Origin: Octopus sinensis
Lineage: Eukaryota
NCBI RefSeq assembly: GCF_006345805.1
Contig: NC_042997.1
Coordinates: forward strand, 15,500,001 to 15,564,000
Length of the DNA: 64,000 bases
Direction of reading: 5' to 3'
In this document: piece after piece, positions 25,801-39,145 of the stretch
Layout: each line of letters starts with the position of its first letter
Position numbering within the stretch: position 1 is the first letter of the stretch
The notes under the pieces: model-generated
Seen by the model: only the letters and a program-made list of their open reading frames with translations
Told to the model about the DNA's origin: nothing
The model's database searches: none
Made by a program: the position numbers and the translations under genes

Positions 25801-26770
25801 GGTTTATGTTGTTTATAATTGGTGTTGTTATTGCGTTTATTTTTATTCTTGGGAGGTATGGTCGGTGGTCCATTTTGGGCTCTGTGGTTTTCAGTTCTTT
25901 GATTATTTTATTTTTTATATTATCATAATCATTAGGCTCCCCATCGTTGTTTACATCGTGTTTGTTGGGAATGTTGCGTTTGTCTTCGTGTTTTACAGTT
26001 TCAGTGTTTATATTATTGGGCATTGTTGTGTGGCTTCTATCTACATTTTCCTGGTGTATTTTTCTTTTAAATGTTCTATTTCTATTTCTGATATTTTTTT
26101 GGCTTTGAGAATGTATCTTCGTACGTTAGCTAATTTATTAGGGTTCATTGCTGTATCCAAGTATATCTCTATTATTTTCCTTCCATATTTTATATGTATG
26201 TGTTGTTGTATTTTCATTTTGTGGGTAGAGCATTGCTGTGAAGTATGCGTGTAAGATGAAATGTATTCCTCACGTGTCCATTTACGTCTTTTGGGTTTTA
26301 TTTGCGGGACATGAGGTACAACGTCCGGCCCATTATTTTGACGGTCGTCATTTTCGTAGGGTACCGGTCCGTTTATTTCTATTGTCACATTATTTCGCAC
26401 GTGTAGTTTTTCGTACATTTTTTGTTGTAGGTTTAATGTACGTACCGCTCGATTGTTATTCTTGGGTGAATAGTATCGGTGGCATTTAATTTCTTCGTAG
26501 TTCTTGGTACATGGTGTTTGAGGTCGGGGATGATCGTGTTGTTCCACGCATGTTTACATGTGTTGTGTTAGAGGTGGAGATAATATCGAGTCAAAATACA
26601 TCATTTCGTTTCGAAAATAGTAATAAATTTCAATTAGTATTACTTACTCGGATATAGTCCAATTCTTTGTTAGTAAATATTTGGCTCCATAGGGTGTCCT
26701 TGTTTTCGATGTTTGTGGATAGATTTCGGAGCTCTGTATTTTCCTTCTTACATCTTAAACGTCCCCGGTG
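22847..26770 (-). mobile_element. Full-length R4/Dong-clade non-LTR retrotransposon (RT + CCHC + restriction-like endonuclease), frameshifted
   Basis: Fragments include RRKWTREEY (N-terminal), EEQKGCRKGSYGCKDQL, AWIDYKKAFD, RGIFQGDTLSPLLF, HLLYMDDLKLY, CRICGDGQETINHIISSC and RPDIVV...LIDVSIP. Both ends abut (TTA)n. Confidence 0.95.
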
Positions 26771-26796
26771 TTATTATTATTATTATTATTATATTA

Positions 26797-26830
<34 letters not shown>

Positions 26831-26852
26831 GTTCTGGTCACTGCTTGGAATC

Positions 26853-27218
<366 letters not shown>

Positions 27219-27624
27219 AGCACGATAGCCTATCTGGAGTTTTGTGAGTTTGTGTAGTGTTTTGTGAGTTTGTGTAGTGTTTTGTGTGCATGTATAGAAC
27301 TGGAAAGTGATAGTGAAAATACCAGTTTTTGGGATGTAGGATGTGTGTTTTAACAAGATCGAACGAAGTAGGGGAAATATTAAATTCAAGAACATTAATT
27401 CTGTGTGAGTAACATTTTTTTTATTCGATCCGAGATGGCAAAAAATAAACCCAGTTGTGTGAAATATGCTGGTAAGTTAGAGCCACGTGTAGACTGAAGT
27501 GAAAGAAAATGGATGACGGACATTGGTATTACGAGCTGGCAGAAAGGTTGGCACGCCGGTATGTAAAAAGACCTTGAATGGTCCTTAATTAATAATTAAT
27601 TGATTTTTACCCTTTTATTATTGA

Positions 27625-27921
27625 CTAGCAGTATCGCCCGGCGTTGCTCGGGATTGTAAGGGAAATAAATATATAAGCATTTTTAGAGAGTTACTTCCCT
27701 TATATAATAGCAAAAAATGCATTAAAAATGGGAAAAAATGATGGTAAATTTTTTTTAAATCGTAGACTCATCGTAGACGCGCACTAATACCCAGAAGGGC
27801 TCGATATGAATCACGACTATAAGATACCCGCTTTTGGTTACACTGCACCGCAAAATGTTGGAGTAGTTAGGAATCTAAATCGTAGGAGACAGACACACAA
27901 CTTCACTTTTATATATAAAGA
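27625..27921 (-). mobile_element. Non-autonomous Helitron
   Basis: The minus strand has A|TC start, 3' hairpin cccgagcaacgccggg and CTAG|T end. The 3' end is shared with 40484-40854. Confidence 0.8.
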
Positions 27922-28138
27922 TAATACAATTCATCTCTCCCTGCTTTTTACTACGGTTCTCACCGTTATAATCTGTTTACTCTATAACTCACGTGGATGG
28001 AAGCGGGAGGAATACAAGACCTCACTCGTACTTTTTGAATTTGTTGGCACTGGCAGTTTGGTGATGGTTTGTCTGAGATTACTCATATCAGACGGGTATG
28101 TTCAATGTTTAGTGCATTCAAATCCAAATTAAGAAATG

Positions 28139-28200
28139 TTGAGCTGACGAAGGAAATGTTGAGTTTAAATTCAACTAATCCAGAAACGTAACGTTCTCAA
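28139..28200 (+). ncRNA. Degenerate hammerhead-like motif, family H
   Basis: uugag-CUGACGA-a-GGA..(guuga/ucaac)..UCC-a-GAAA-CGU[aacgu duplication]U-cucaa. Confidence 0.45.
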
Positions 28201-28486
28201 ATGATCTTTGTACATGTGATATTTCGTTGTTTTTCCCTCCATATCTACGTGAATTATTTTTGAGTAAAGACTATCTGGGAGATATTTCTTATAGTAGAAG
28301 AAATGGCTATAAAAAACTTTTTGGCTGCTATTTCTAAAAGTTTCAGTATGTGGTAAAGTAAATTATTTTACTGAGCCCTAATTATATAACGTAATATTTT
28401 GAATATACCTTGAATGGTCCTTTTACATACTGAACTCTACTTGGTGAAATTAATTAATAATTAATTGATTTTACCCTTTTATTATT

Positions 28487-28559
<73 letters not shown>

Positions 28560-29242
28560 GTATATATATTTATATATATAAACATATAGGATATCACTAT
28601 TTAATGTATTTCTCTTTAAAACAGTGGGCACGGTTTGAAGGGGATTTAACCGATATTTCAAGCACGCTTAAATGTTCGCTCCTTGGCCTGTTCTCAATCG
28701 AGAGGAAAGAGTTGATCAGAGTTGGAGTGAATGTGGGTAGAAAAGAGGGGGGGGAGATAAGTAACGAAAGAAGGAGCGAGAGAGACAGAGGGAGAGCCTG
28801 CAGCGAAAGAAGTGTAAAAGGCAAAAAAGATGAATGTTGAAAAAGAGAGATTAGACTAGAGAGATAGGTAGATAAACAGGAAATAAGGTAAACAGGTAAG
28901 AAGAGAGAGAGAGAAAGTAAGAGAGGGAGAGAGAGAGAAAGAGAGAGAGTGAGTGAGAGGACTAAGAAGGAGAGCAAGAGAATGAAAAACATAGAATGAG
29001 ATAGACAAAAGGAAAGAAGAATAAGAACGAGGTGATGGGTGGGTAAAGGAGGTGAGGTGGAATATTTAGAAAGGAAAAACTGTCATCCAGTCTAATGACA
29101 TTATTGAAAGAGAGAGGGGAAGAGAAAGAGAGCCAGAAAGAGAGAGGGGGAGAGAGAGAAATAATAGAGAGGGGAGAGAGAAGGAATGTGTGTGTGTGTG
29201 CAAGAGAGTGTATGTGAGAAAGTGAATAAGAAATAGTGAGAA

Positions 29243-29274
<32 letters not shown>

Positions 29275-29297
29275 GGAGAGAGAGAAAGAGAGAGGGA

Positions 29298-29333
<36 letters not shown>

Positions 29334-30059
29334 GAGAGAGAGAGAAAGTTGTGATGTGGAGAAAAAGTTGTTGAGGAAATGAAAGGAGAAGTCGGTCCGA
29401 AAAGGAGTGTAGGGAGGCACAGAATTTATCCCTATTCACTATGAGGGGTCATACAGAGGTAAATGAACTAACAATGGCAGGTTTACATGCCTGTCTGTCT
29501 GTCTGTCTGTCTTTCCTATGTACACAGGGACAGTACCCCCCTCTCACCCGCTCTCTCTCTCTCTCTCTCTCACAACACACACTCATTCACACAAGCACAC
29601 TCACACACACACACACATACACACACGCAAACACACACTTGTGTGTGTGTGTATATATATATATATACAGCACGGACTTTGAGATGCAGCACGGACTTTG
29701 TCAGTGAACAGGTCGCGGATTTTAGCGACGAAAATATTTTGACAAATTAAACTTAAATGTTGGAGTGAATCGAACGGCTTTTATGTGTTTCTTAAATGGC
29801 TTATAAACACCTTCCACGCTGCAATTGTTTTCGTTTCAGCACACGATCTCAGATCAAATTACTTGCTATGCGAGTACATCTCCGTAATATATATATACAT
29901 ATACATATACATATATTAAGAATTAAAATCAAAACGAGGGTGAAAAATTGTATATCAATTTAATAATATCAGTTTAACACCAATGGTTTAGTGGCTAGCG
30001 TAAGGGAGCTCACTTTTAGTGGATTCCCTCTCATATATATATATATGAGAGGGAATTTT

Positions 30060-30190
30060 TATACAACTCGACCCCGGGACTTATTCTTTTGTAAGCCCAG
30101 TACTTATTCTCTTTTTGCCGAACCGCTAAGTGACGGGGACGTAAACACACCAGCATCGGTTGTCAAGCAATGCTAGGGAAACAAACACAG

Positions 30191-30221
<31 letters not shown>

Positions 30222-30410
30222 CATATATACGACAGGCTTCTTTCAGTTTCCGTCTACCAAATATACTCACAAGGCATTGGTCGGCCCGGGGCTATAGCAG
30301 AAGACACTTGCCCAAGGTGCCACGCAGTGGGACTGAACCCGGAACCATGTGGTTGGTTAGCAAGCTACTTACCACACAGCCACTCCTGCGCCTATGGCCA
30401 CTCCTGCGCC

Positions 30411-30412
<2 letters not shown>
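30060..30412 (-). mobile_element. SINE family S3 with duplicated 5' end
   Basis: S3 halves are present and gccactcctgcgcctat occurs twice in tandem at the head. Confidence 0.85.
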
Positions 30413-30446
<34 letters not shown>

Positions 30447-30699
30447 TATGTATGTATGTATCATGTACGTGTGTGCATTATGCATCCTAGGTATCGAAGC
30501 AGCTGCATGTACGCACGCGCACACCCAGACACACCGCGTGTGTGAGAGTGTGCAATGGTGTGGATATCCAGATTGGGACCCCTTGGTAATATAAGAATGG
30601 AAGGAAGAATAACAGCTTTAGAGTTTGCCAAAGAAATACTATGGAAAAAAGCTGTTCTATTTATCGTTTGTCAAACCTGGAACTATTTTAATGGAAAAA

Positions 30700-30858
30700 A
30701 AAAAAAAAAAGATTCAGATTAATGAAAAACGAATTGAGAGATTTCTCCTAAAAACGGATAATTATTTAGCGGAAAATATTAGACAAATAACAATTATTTG
30801 GATAGCTGGACACACCGATATAGAGAAAATCAGGAAAGCAGATGAATTAGCAAAATAA
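30700..30858 (+). pseudogene. RNase H domain fragment, probably from a non-LTR retrotransposon
   Basis: RQITIIWIAGHTDIEKIRKADELAK matches the RNase H motif W(V/I)xGHxxIxGNExADxLAK. Confidence 0.65.
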
Positions 30859-30889
30859 AAAAAAAAATAGAATGATATCGATTATTCTT

Positions 30890-31335
30890 ATATTCATTTA
30901 TTTGTTCCAGTCATTTGACGGCGGTCATGTTGGAGCACTGTCTTTAGTCGAACAAATCGACCCCAGGACTTATTTTTTTTAAGGTTAGTATTTATTCTAT
31001 CGGTCTCTTTTACCGACCCGCTAGGTTACGAGACATAAATACACCAGCATCGGTTGTCAAACGATGGTGGGGAGACAATTACAGACACACAAACACACAC
31101 ACACGCACGCACGCACACACACACACAGAAACACATACACACAGACACACACACACACATATATATATATACGACGAGCTTCTTTCAGTTTCCGTCAACC
31201 AAATCCATCACATGGTTTTGGTCAGCTCGAGGCTATTGTATAAGACACTTACCCAAGGTGTCACACAGTGGGACTGAACCCGGAACCATGTGGTTGGTAA
31301 GCAAGCTACTTACCACAGAGCCACTCCTGTGCCTA
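30890..31335 (-). mobile_element. SINE family S3
   Basis: Both halves are present with an internal (CA)n(TA)n. Confidence 0.8.
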
Positions 31336-31627
31336 TGTTCAAAATCTTTCACGAAATTTCACAAATCAAATCATTCAGAAAATCATAATTTGCCAAAATG
31401 ATACATCACTTCTATTGATGGATAGAGCCGATTATTGGAGTTTATACAATTCCTCAGAGATTGACAAACCCCCAGGGATTAGTCAATTGTAAACTTCCGG
31501 TGAATAAAGAGCGAAACAGCCAATGACGCATCTCATGTCAGAGAGGTAGTTTTCCTTGGTCCCGGAATTTCCATCTATCTCTAAACGTAGTATAATAACT
31601 GTCGTCGCTGAAACGTCATTTCCCATA

Positions 31628-31867
31628 GAATACCTATTTTTTTATTACCCACAAAGGGCTAAACACAGAGGGGACAAACAAGGACAGACATCGGTATTAA
31701 GTCGATTACATCGACCCCAGTGCGTAACTGGTACTTAATTTATCGACCCCGAAAGGATGAAAGGCAAAGTCGACCTCAGCGGAATTTGAACTCACAACGT
31801 AACGGCAGACGAAATACCGCTAAGCATTTCGCCCGGCGTGCTTACGTTTCTGCCAGCTCGCCGCCTT
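31628..31867 (-). mobile_element. SINE family S2
   Basis: Reverse complement of S2. tttcccatagaatacc is repeated at both ends (TSD-like). Confidence 0.8.
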
Positions 31868-32126
31868 AGATTTCCCATAGAATACCGATTAACTGGCGCC
31901 ATCATCCTGTCTGCTTTACCACATGAAGCACATAATGAAAAATTGCTGTCACTGACTACCTGAAGTATCCGTGTGACGTGAACTGGCTGATAGAGAACTA
32001 AATATTCTCACCTAGAAGTCATTTAAAAATTCGTCCACTCAACTCCATGCATCTGAGAATGTAGACATATTCACCCACAAAATATGATATATATATATAT
32101 ATATATATATATAGCTGTGTGTGTGT

Positions 32127-32179
<53 letters not shown>

Positions 32180-33326
32180 GTGTATAGAGTTATTATCAAA
32201 CCGGGAAAAATCCTTTATAAACTCTTTGTAAGTACACCAGGCTAACAATATTTTTTAGATTAGTAAAGATTCCCGCGTATTTTTTGTGGAAGGATCCGAG
32301 GTTACAGTACACCATTCTATATTGTAAATCCATGGTTGTTCTCCAGTTAGAATGGTTTTTATGCGGCAATATGCATGACGAGGCATATATATATATATAT
32401 GTATGTATGTATGTATGTTTGTATGTACGTATGTATGTATGTATGTATGTATGTATGTATGTATGTATGTATGTATGTATGTATGTATATGTATATATAA
32501 TCATAATAAGCAACAGGATATCAAGTAGTAATGCAGTTCGACCGTTTCAAGCGGCTCCATTTAATTGAACAATGCCAACATTACATCAACTTAAAAGCGG
32601 TGCCATCTTGAGCACCATCGGTGCACAAATAAGTAAATGGAATTTTAACAAGTAGGACACATTAATATATTTTTTCTAAAATATTTTAACAGAGGAAAAA
32701 AATGGAAGAAATTCATGTTGCTATTGAAGCTAAGAATAGACTACAACTTCTAAGAATCGCATGGAGCATAGTGGGGTCATAGGGTTGTAAGGGTTGTAAT
32801 TCATTTCTATTTCATTTATCTCTTTATCAACTACTAAATCTAAGACTAGAAGACTGTCTATTTTGAGAGGCAGGATAGGGGTAGACTTTAAATCATGATG
32901 TTAATTACCAGTTAAAGGGGCAAGACGCCAAGAAACCTAAGATGTTAATACAGAGGAAATTTTATTTAGGAGCTCTATGGGTGATTGTTTATAAACAATA
33001 TTGTTATGTTGTATAAAAATAAAATTTAAGAATTTTAAAAATGTTATCATAGCCAAAATAGGTAAAAGGTGTGTATATAAGCGCAAATTTAATACATAAT
33101 TGCGATACAATGTGCTTGGTCAAACTCGGAAACCCACACCAAAATAATATTCACCCGGTTCTAATTGCCCAACGAAACTAACAAGTCTATTGCAATGAAA
33201 CCTCTCCCTAGCGAAATTACCAGCGCAAGAACAAAATTTAATGTAAGACTTACTGTCTTTCCTTCTATTACCATCACATATGTATCAATTATTTTCGCAT
33301 CCTAACCGATGTATCTATCTATTTTC

Positions 33327-33377
33327 GCATTCCGAAGAGATTTACTAAAACTAGCAAATTGAAACGATCGTAAATGC
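33327..33377 (+). ncRNA. Type I hammerhead-like motif, family I (U4C)
   Basis: gcauu-CCGAAGA-GAUUUaCUA[aaac]UAGcAAAUU-GAAA-C[GAUC]GUA-aaugc: perfect 5-bp stem I, long stem II, palindromic loop III. Confidence 0.8.
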
Positions 33378-33623
33378 TACCTTCACCTTTGCTTCCTTCT
33401 TCTTTGTTTTCTAATTAATTTAAAGGCATACGAGAGAAAACGATGAGTCCCTCCTTGTTATTACATCCATTTTCTTCTCCTATATAATGTATACTACGGT
33501 CTACCAACCGAACCACCTGTTACCGTACAACTTTACAAAATACTGTACCTAGCCAGGTAATAACCAGGATCGACTTTGGATTTAATTGTCCCTTAGTGGT
33601 ATTAATCTGCTCCAATACCTACG

Positions 33624-33680
<57 letters not shown>

Positions 33681-34027
33681 CGTGATCACCGTGACCGACC
33701 AGGCTATCAGATGTTGCTAGTCACAATGCGTTTCGCATTGTTTTAGCCTTTAAATGACGCCACCCCGCTGGCTAAGCGAGCAGGCCAATGAAACGTTTAG
33801 TAGATGAAATCTTAGCGACTGAAGAAGGGGATTTTTCGTTGTGCTTTTTGTCCTGTATCTCTCCCTTTTTTTTGCTTGTCTTGTTCCTTGGTTTGTGTCT
33901 ATGTGTTTCGTCTCTCTATGTGTTCGACGTCTTTTTGGTGTCCTGTACACATATATGCGTGTATATGTACATGTAGAGGTAGGTACGTACATATATGTTT
34001 ATATATATGCATATATTCTATTTTATT

Positions 34028-34077
<50 letters not shown>

Positions 34078-34084
34078 TACATAC

Positions 34085-34468
34085 ATTCTTTTATTTGTTT
34101 CAGTCATTTGACTGCGGCCATGTTGTAGTACTGCCATTAGTCGAGGAAATCGACCCCAGGATTTATTCTTTGTAAGCCTAGTACTTATTCTATCCGTCCC
34201 TCTTGCCGAACCAGTGACTTACGGGGACGTAAACACACCGCATCGATTGTCAAGCGATTTGGGGTGTGGGGGGACAAACACAGACACACTAAGCATATAT
34301 ACACACATACATAAACACATACATACGCACACACACACACACACGCACACACACACACACACACACACCCCACACACACACACACATATATATATATACG
34401 ACGGGACTGAACCCGGAACCATGTGGTTAGTAAGCAAGCTATTTACAACACAGCCACTCCTGCGCCTA

Positions 34469-34470
<2 letters not shown>
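34085..34470 (-). mobile_element. SINE family S3 with internal deletion in the 5' half
   Basis: The 3' half, microsatellite and head are present, but the CORE-like part is missing. Confidence 0.75.
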
Positions 34471-34516
<46 letters not shown>

Positions 34517-34537
34517 ATATATATATATTTACATATA

Positions 34538-34588
<51 letters not shown>

Positions 34589-34609
34589 TATATTATATAT
34601 AATATATAT

Positions 34610-34642
<33 letters not shown>

Positions 34643-35039
34643 TCTCACTCATACACACTGACACAGTAGGTAACCGTCTGTGATCCTGAGATATGTGGAC
34701 CGGAAGGGGGCTACAGAATTGTGTTTGCAATCGACATCAGTTGTACATTTCATAGTGGTATTTAGGTTACTGTTTCTGTTGATACTTTTTTTTTTTCAGT
34801 ATTTCGTCTGTTGTACAGAGTTGTGTTATTTTGTTGGGTGACGCCCGTGCTTCACACGTGCTTTGTGATTAGTGTTATGTGTTTTAATGCAATGTTTTTA
34901 GAACGTGAGTTGTTAATGTTATAGTTTCGGGGTATCGAATATTTAAGATTATATATGTTACGCTCTTTCATTGGGCGGTGGTTCTGTTCTAATTCTCCAA
35001 TTTTTGTCAGTGTATCTAATTTAATATTCTTAGATACAG

Positions 35040-35200
35040 TTTAACCTTTTCATATTGTATCTTAAGCATATTTGTCTAATCCCGTGCTCATTTTTCCATT
35101 TTTGGCTGAATTCATGAGGTTTATCCAGCAAAGTATTATCCTTTGTAAATGTTTTGAGATCATCCATATGGAAAATTCGGTTTATAGGTTGTCTATAGCA
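35040..35200 (-). pseudogene. Old non-LTR RT fragment (R4-like)
   Basis: RIFHMDDLKTFTKD resembles the LLYMDDLKLY motif of the 22847-26770 element. Confidence 0.5.
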
Positions 35201-36020
35201 CTTATTACTATTGATGGTCGTATTCAGCAGATTAGTAAACGAAGTTGAACTAGTTACAAGAGTAGTGAAAGTAGAGTCTCTGTGAAATATTCCTCTCAAA
35301 GAGATTCTATGTGTCGGATATAGAACTGATATATAATCAAAGTGTAATACTTCCATGGAAGAATGTCTTTTAATTTAATTTTGTTTTTCATTTGATGATT
35401 GTTTTGGAATATATATTTTTCTTTTTGCTCGGAGTTAGCTTTCTTGAGAAAACACCGTTTCTAAACCACGCATTATATAATATTTTTGTATCGACCTCAC
35501 CATAAACTCACTTCATGAAATTCATTGTAGATCTTGACCCGGCTGATAATTTTGTTGTTTCTGTTAAATCAAACAGCAAAACCCCAATGCTATCTCTTAG
35601 CATGATTAAACTAGTGGCCAAAATCATTCAAACCCCACCCTGCCATCTTTTAAAAAAGAAAAAGCGAAGACATATTGGCCAATATAGCTCTCTCTAAGTA
35701 TACAAAAATGTGGATGGTCATGGCTGACATGTATTTCATCGTTAATCTGCCGGTTGGACGGTTTCTTCGATCTGCGTGCCCGACTGATGGGCAATACCAA
35801 ACTTGTAGAGAATTATTCGTAGGTCATGGACCGAATGTCCGGAACAGACTAGCCAATCGATTTTTGTCGGTGCCCAGGGTCTTTCTGAGGACGTCGTCAC
35901 TCTTATCCTCTATTAATCCCCTAAAGAACGCCATAATGGAGCTTCCAACGATTGCGACGCCCTAGAAGTGGAGAGCTGTGAGTGCCAGATTCCCTGTCTC
36001 GCACTAGGATTGACCTAGGA

Positions 36021-36270
36021 CAGTGATTCTGAACCGGGGTTCATCTGGCCCTTTGGGGTCCATATAAGATTTTGTTGTTAAAATTTATGCGCAATAGAAT
36101 CCTTATGCTTCTACAATACACAAAATATTTTAATATCTTTATACAATTCCTAATAATATTTAATTATAAAACTATAATAAGAATTTTTTTGTAGTATACA
36201 CCAAATGGCTATAAAGGTCCAGTAGAGTAAAATAGGAATCAAAGGAGCAAAAAATGGTTAGGGGTCACTA
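36021..36270. mobile_element. Possible hAT-type MITE, degenerate
   Basis: Left end cagtgattctgaaccgggg. The right end aaaaatggttaggggtcacta is only a weak inverted match. Confidence 0.35.
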
Positions 36271-37693
36271 ATCAAGGGTTTCAGTTCTGTCAAAAGACAA
36301 GCTGCGAAAAATTAGTCTGACAAACTCTCACCACTCCTGTTCGCCGTCATAGAAATTCTGGAGATGTCACAGACTCAAAGTCAATTCCATGGTCCCTAGT
36401 ACTTGACTGTTACTTTATCCCCGAAAGGATGAAAGGCAAAGTTGATCTCGACAGGTTTTGAACGTAGACCGTAAAACCCATAACAAACACCATAAGGTAT
36501 TTTGCCCGGTGCTCTAACGATTCTATCAACGCACAACACTCAATATTTTTGATTTAGGCAGGAAACCAACACTTTTGATAGGAGGTTGGTCAGTTGATTA
36601 CATCGACCCCAGTATTTTACTCATACTTTATTTTATCGACCCCGAAAGAGTGAAAGGCAAAGTTGACCATCTGAGGACAACTCTGTCTATTATCTCGGAA
36701 TTTATAATGTAATAGCTAACTGCTGACATTAAATGAGGATCTCCTCACTTGCGCTTTTGCTAACTTAACCAAACCTCTTTTTCATCATTTTCTCTCTGTC
36801 CACCAACTCATTCTAAGACCATCTTAATGTATCTTTTTCCTCCTCCCTACTTTTTTTTTTTTTCTCAGAAAGCAAATTTGCGCTGACTGAAATGAGATAA
36901 CAGATAAAACATTGCTTTCCTTATTCAAAAGGTTACGACATGAGAAGGAAAAGCGAAGAAAAAAAATGGAGAAAAGAATTACATAACGAAATAAATAATA
37001 CTATGAAATATTGACTAGAATAAATAATATAGTCTGAAAGGAACGAGGTCAAAGGCAGATTGACAATGCAGCATCGACTTTATCTGTCTTTAGGCCTGTT
37101 ACGGTCGAGGTCGTTGACAAGGCAGGCAGCTTCGGTCTTAATCCTGTCGAATAACTCCTGGCGTGTCAGCAATAAGCCATTAGATATTTGGTTGTGAGGC
37201 TTAACTTATTCTTCTTCTTTCGTTATATATTTTAATGCTATGTATTTTGGTTTGCGAATCAAGCTATTGGAATGTATTTATCTAAGAATATTTATGGTTT
37301 TGTTCAATTCCTCTTCCATTTTAATCTTATCGTGTAAATCTTTAATGAGTTATTTTTCTTGTTTAGTTTTACTTAGCTGGTTGTTTTGTCTGCTTATTTC
37401 TTAGCATTATTATACGATTATAAGAGGTAGGGGTGGATAGCAGCAATGATAAAATGCCGGATTAACAGTTTTGCAATATTTCGTTGCCCTTCTGTTCTGA
37501 GCTCCAGTTCTGTTAAGGTTGACTTTGCATTTTATTCTTCCGGAGACCCAGTTCCGATTTTTGGTTGGAACCATTTTATATTTCTTTCCTTTGTCGTAGC
37601 ATTTAGAGAAGATAAGAACGCTATTATTGTTTATTATTATATTATTATTATTATTATATTATTATTCTTATTATTATTCTTCTTATTATTATT

Positions 37694-37920
37694 TGTTGTT
37701 GGCATCCTTTTTGTCTCGGGAGACAATGGAGTTGCGCACAAAGTAGTCTAGTCCGGCTTTTACATTTCATGTCCTGATACATTTCCTGCTGTGGCTGTGT
37801 AGTCCTATCCTGGACAAACACTCCCTCTGGCAGGTACCGCAAATGTAGCGAAGACTGTCCCTGGCTGGTTGTAATGCCATAGTTTCTTGTTGACGTCTCT
37901 TCTTTTCTTTCCATTTCTCC
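37694..37920 (-). pseudogene. RTE-clade LINE 3' end fragment
   Basis: RKRRRQQ...YICGTCQRECLSRIGLHSHSRKC (RTE-type terminal zinc finger), followed by ccattgtctcccgagacaaaaggatgcc and a short repeat tail. Confidence 0.7.
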
Positions 37921-38142
37921 TCTCTCTCTCTGTCACTCCTTTGTATTCTCTCTTTTACGGTGTTGCTGCTGCCATAACTACTGCAATTACCACTGCCTCT
38001 ACTATTGCTGATAGTGATATTGCTGCTGCTACTACAACTGCTGCTGCTGCTGATGATGATGAATATTAGTGGTTGAAAATAAACATATAAAATAAACGTA
38101 GGCAAAAGAATGAAAATCTAATAATAATAATTATTATTATTA

Positions 38143-38177
<35 letters not shown>

Positions 38178-38217
38178 TTATTATTATTATTATTATTATT
38201 ATTATCATTATTATTAT

Positions 38218-38815
38218 TTAAGGCGGCGAGCTGGCAGAATCGTTAGCGCACCGGACGAAATGCTTAGCGGTATTTCGCCCGTCGCTACATTCTGAGTTCA
38301 AATTCCGCCGAGGTCGACTTTGTCTTTCATCCTTTCGGGGTCGATGTAATTAACTAGTCTCCTCCCCGCAAATTCGAAGCCTTGTGCCTCCAGTAGAAAG
38401 GATTATTATTATTTAAGGCGGCGAACTGGCAGAAACGTTAGCACGCCGGGCGAAATGCGTAGCCGTATTTCGTCTGCCGTTACGTTCTGAGTTCAAATTC
38501 CGCCGAGGTCGACTTTGCCTTTCATCCTTCCGGGGTCGATTAAATAAGTACCAGTTACGCACTGGGGTCGATATAATCGACTTAATCCGTTTGTCTGTAC
38601 TTGTTTGTCCTCTCTGTGTTTAGCTCCTTGTTGGTAGTAAAGAAATAGGTATTTAGCCCATCGCTACGTTCTGAGTTCAAATTCCGCCGAGGTCGACTTT
38701 GCCTTTCATTCTTTCGGGGTCGATAAAAGAAGTACCAGTGAAGCACTGGGGTGGATGAAGTCGACTCATCCCCTTCTCCAAAATTGCTGCCTCTGTGGCA
38801 AAATTTGAAACCATT
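38218..38815 (+). mobile_element. Cluster of S2 SINEs after (ATT)n
   Basis: Heads at about 38218 and 38415. The second copy has two modules. Confidence 0.85.
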
Positions 38816-38816
38816 A

Positions 38817-39145
38817 TTATGAAGTTGTCAAGAAAGTTCTTGCGGTTTTTAACCTTTAAATTCAGATGCACATATCTCGGCTCAAACAAAACTTTATTAA
38901 TCAGAATAAACACCATCAGAATCAACACACTTTCGTCTACGCGAAACAAGTTAATTTATTCCAGTAGCGTAAAAATCGTGCGTTCTGGTGGCGATGAAGT
39001 CGTTGAAGGCGTGTTTGGCAACGTCTTGGTTTTTGGAGCATTTCTCACGCAGGAAGTTGTCGTGATGCTTGAAAAAGTGGTAGTCGGTAGGCGAGAGGTC
39101 TGACGAGTATTGTGGATGAGGCAGAGTTTCGTCGCCCAATTCGTT
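38817..39145 (-). pseudogene. Mariner transposase C-terminal fragment with TIR-like end
   Basis: LPHPQYSSDLSPTDYHFF (YSPDLAPSDY motif), with terminal aaaaaccgcaagaactttcttgacaac. Confidence 0.85.
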
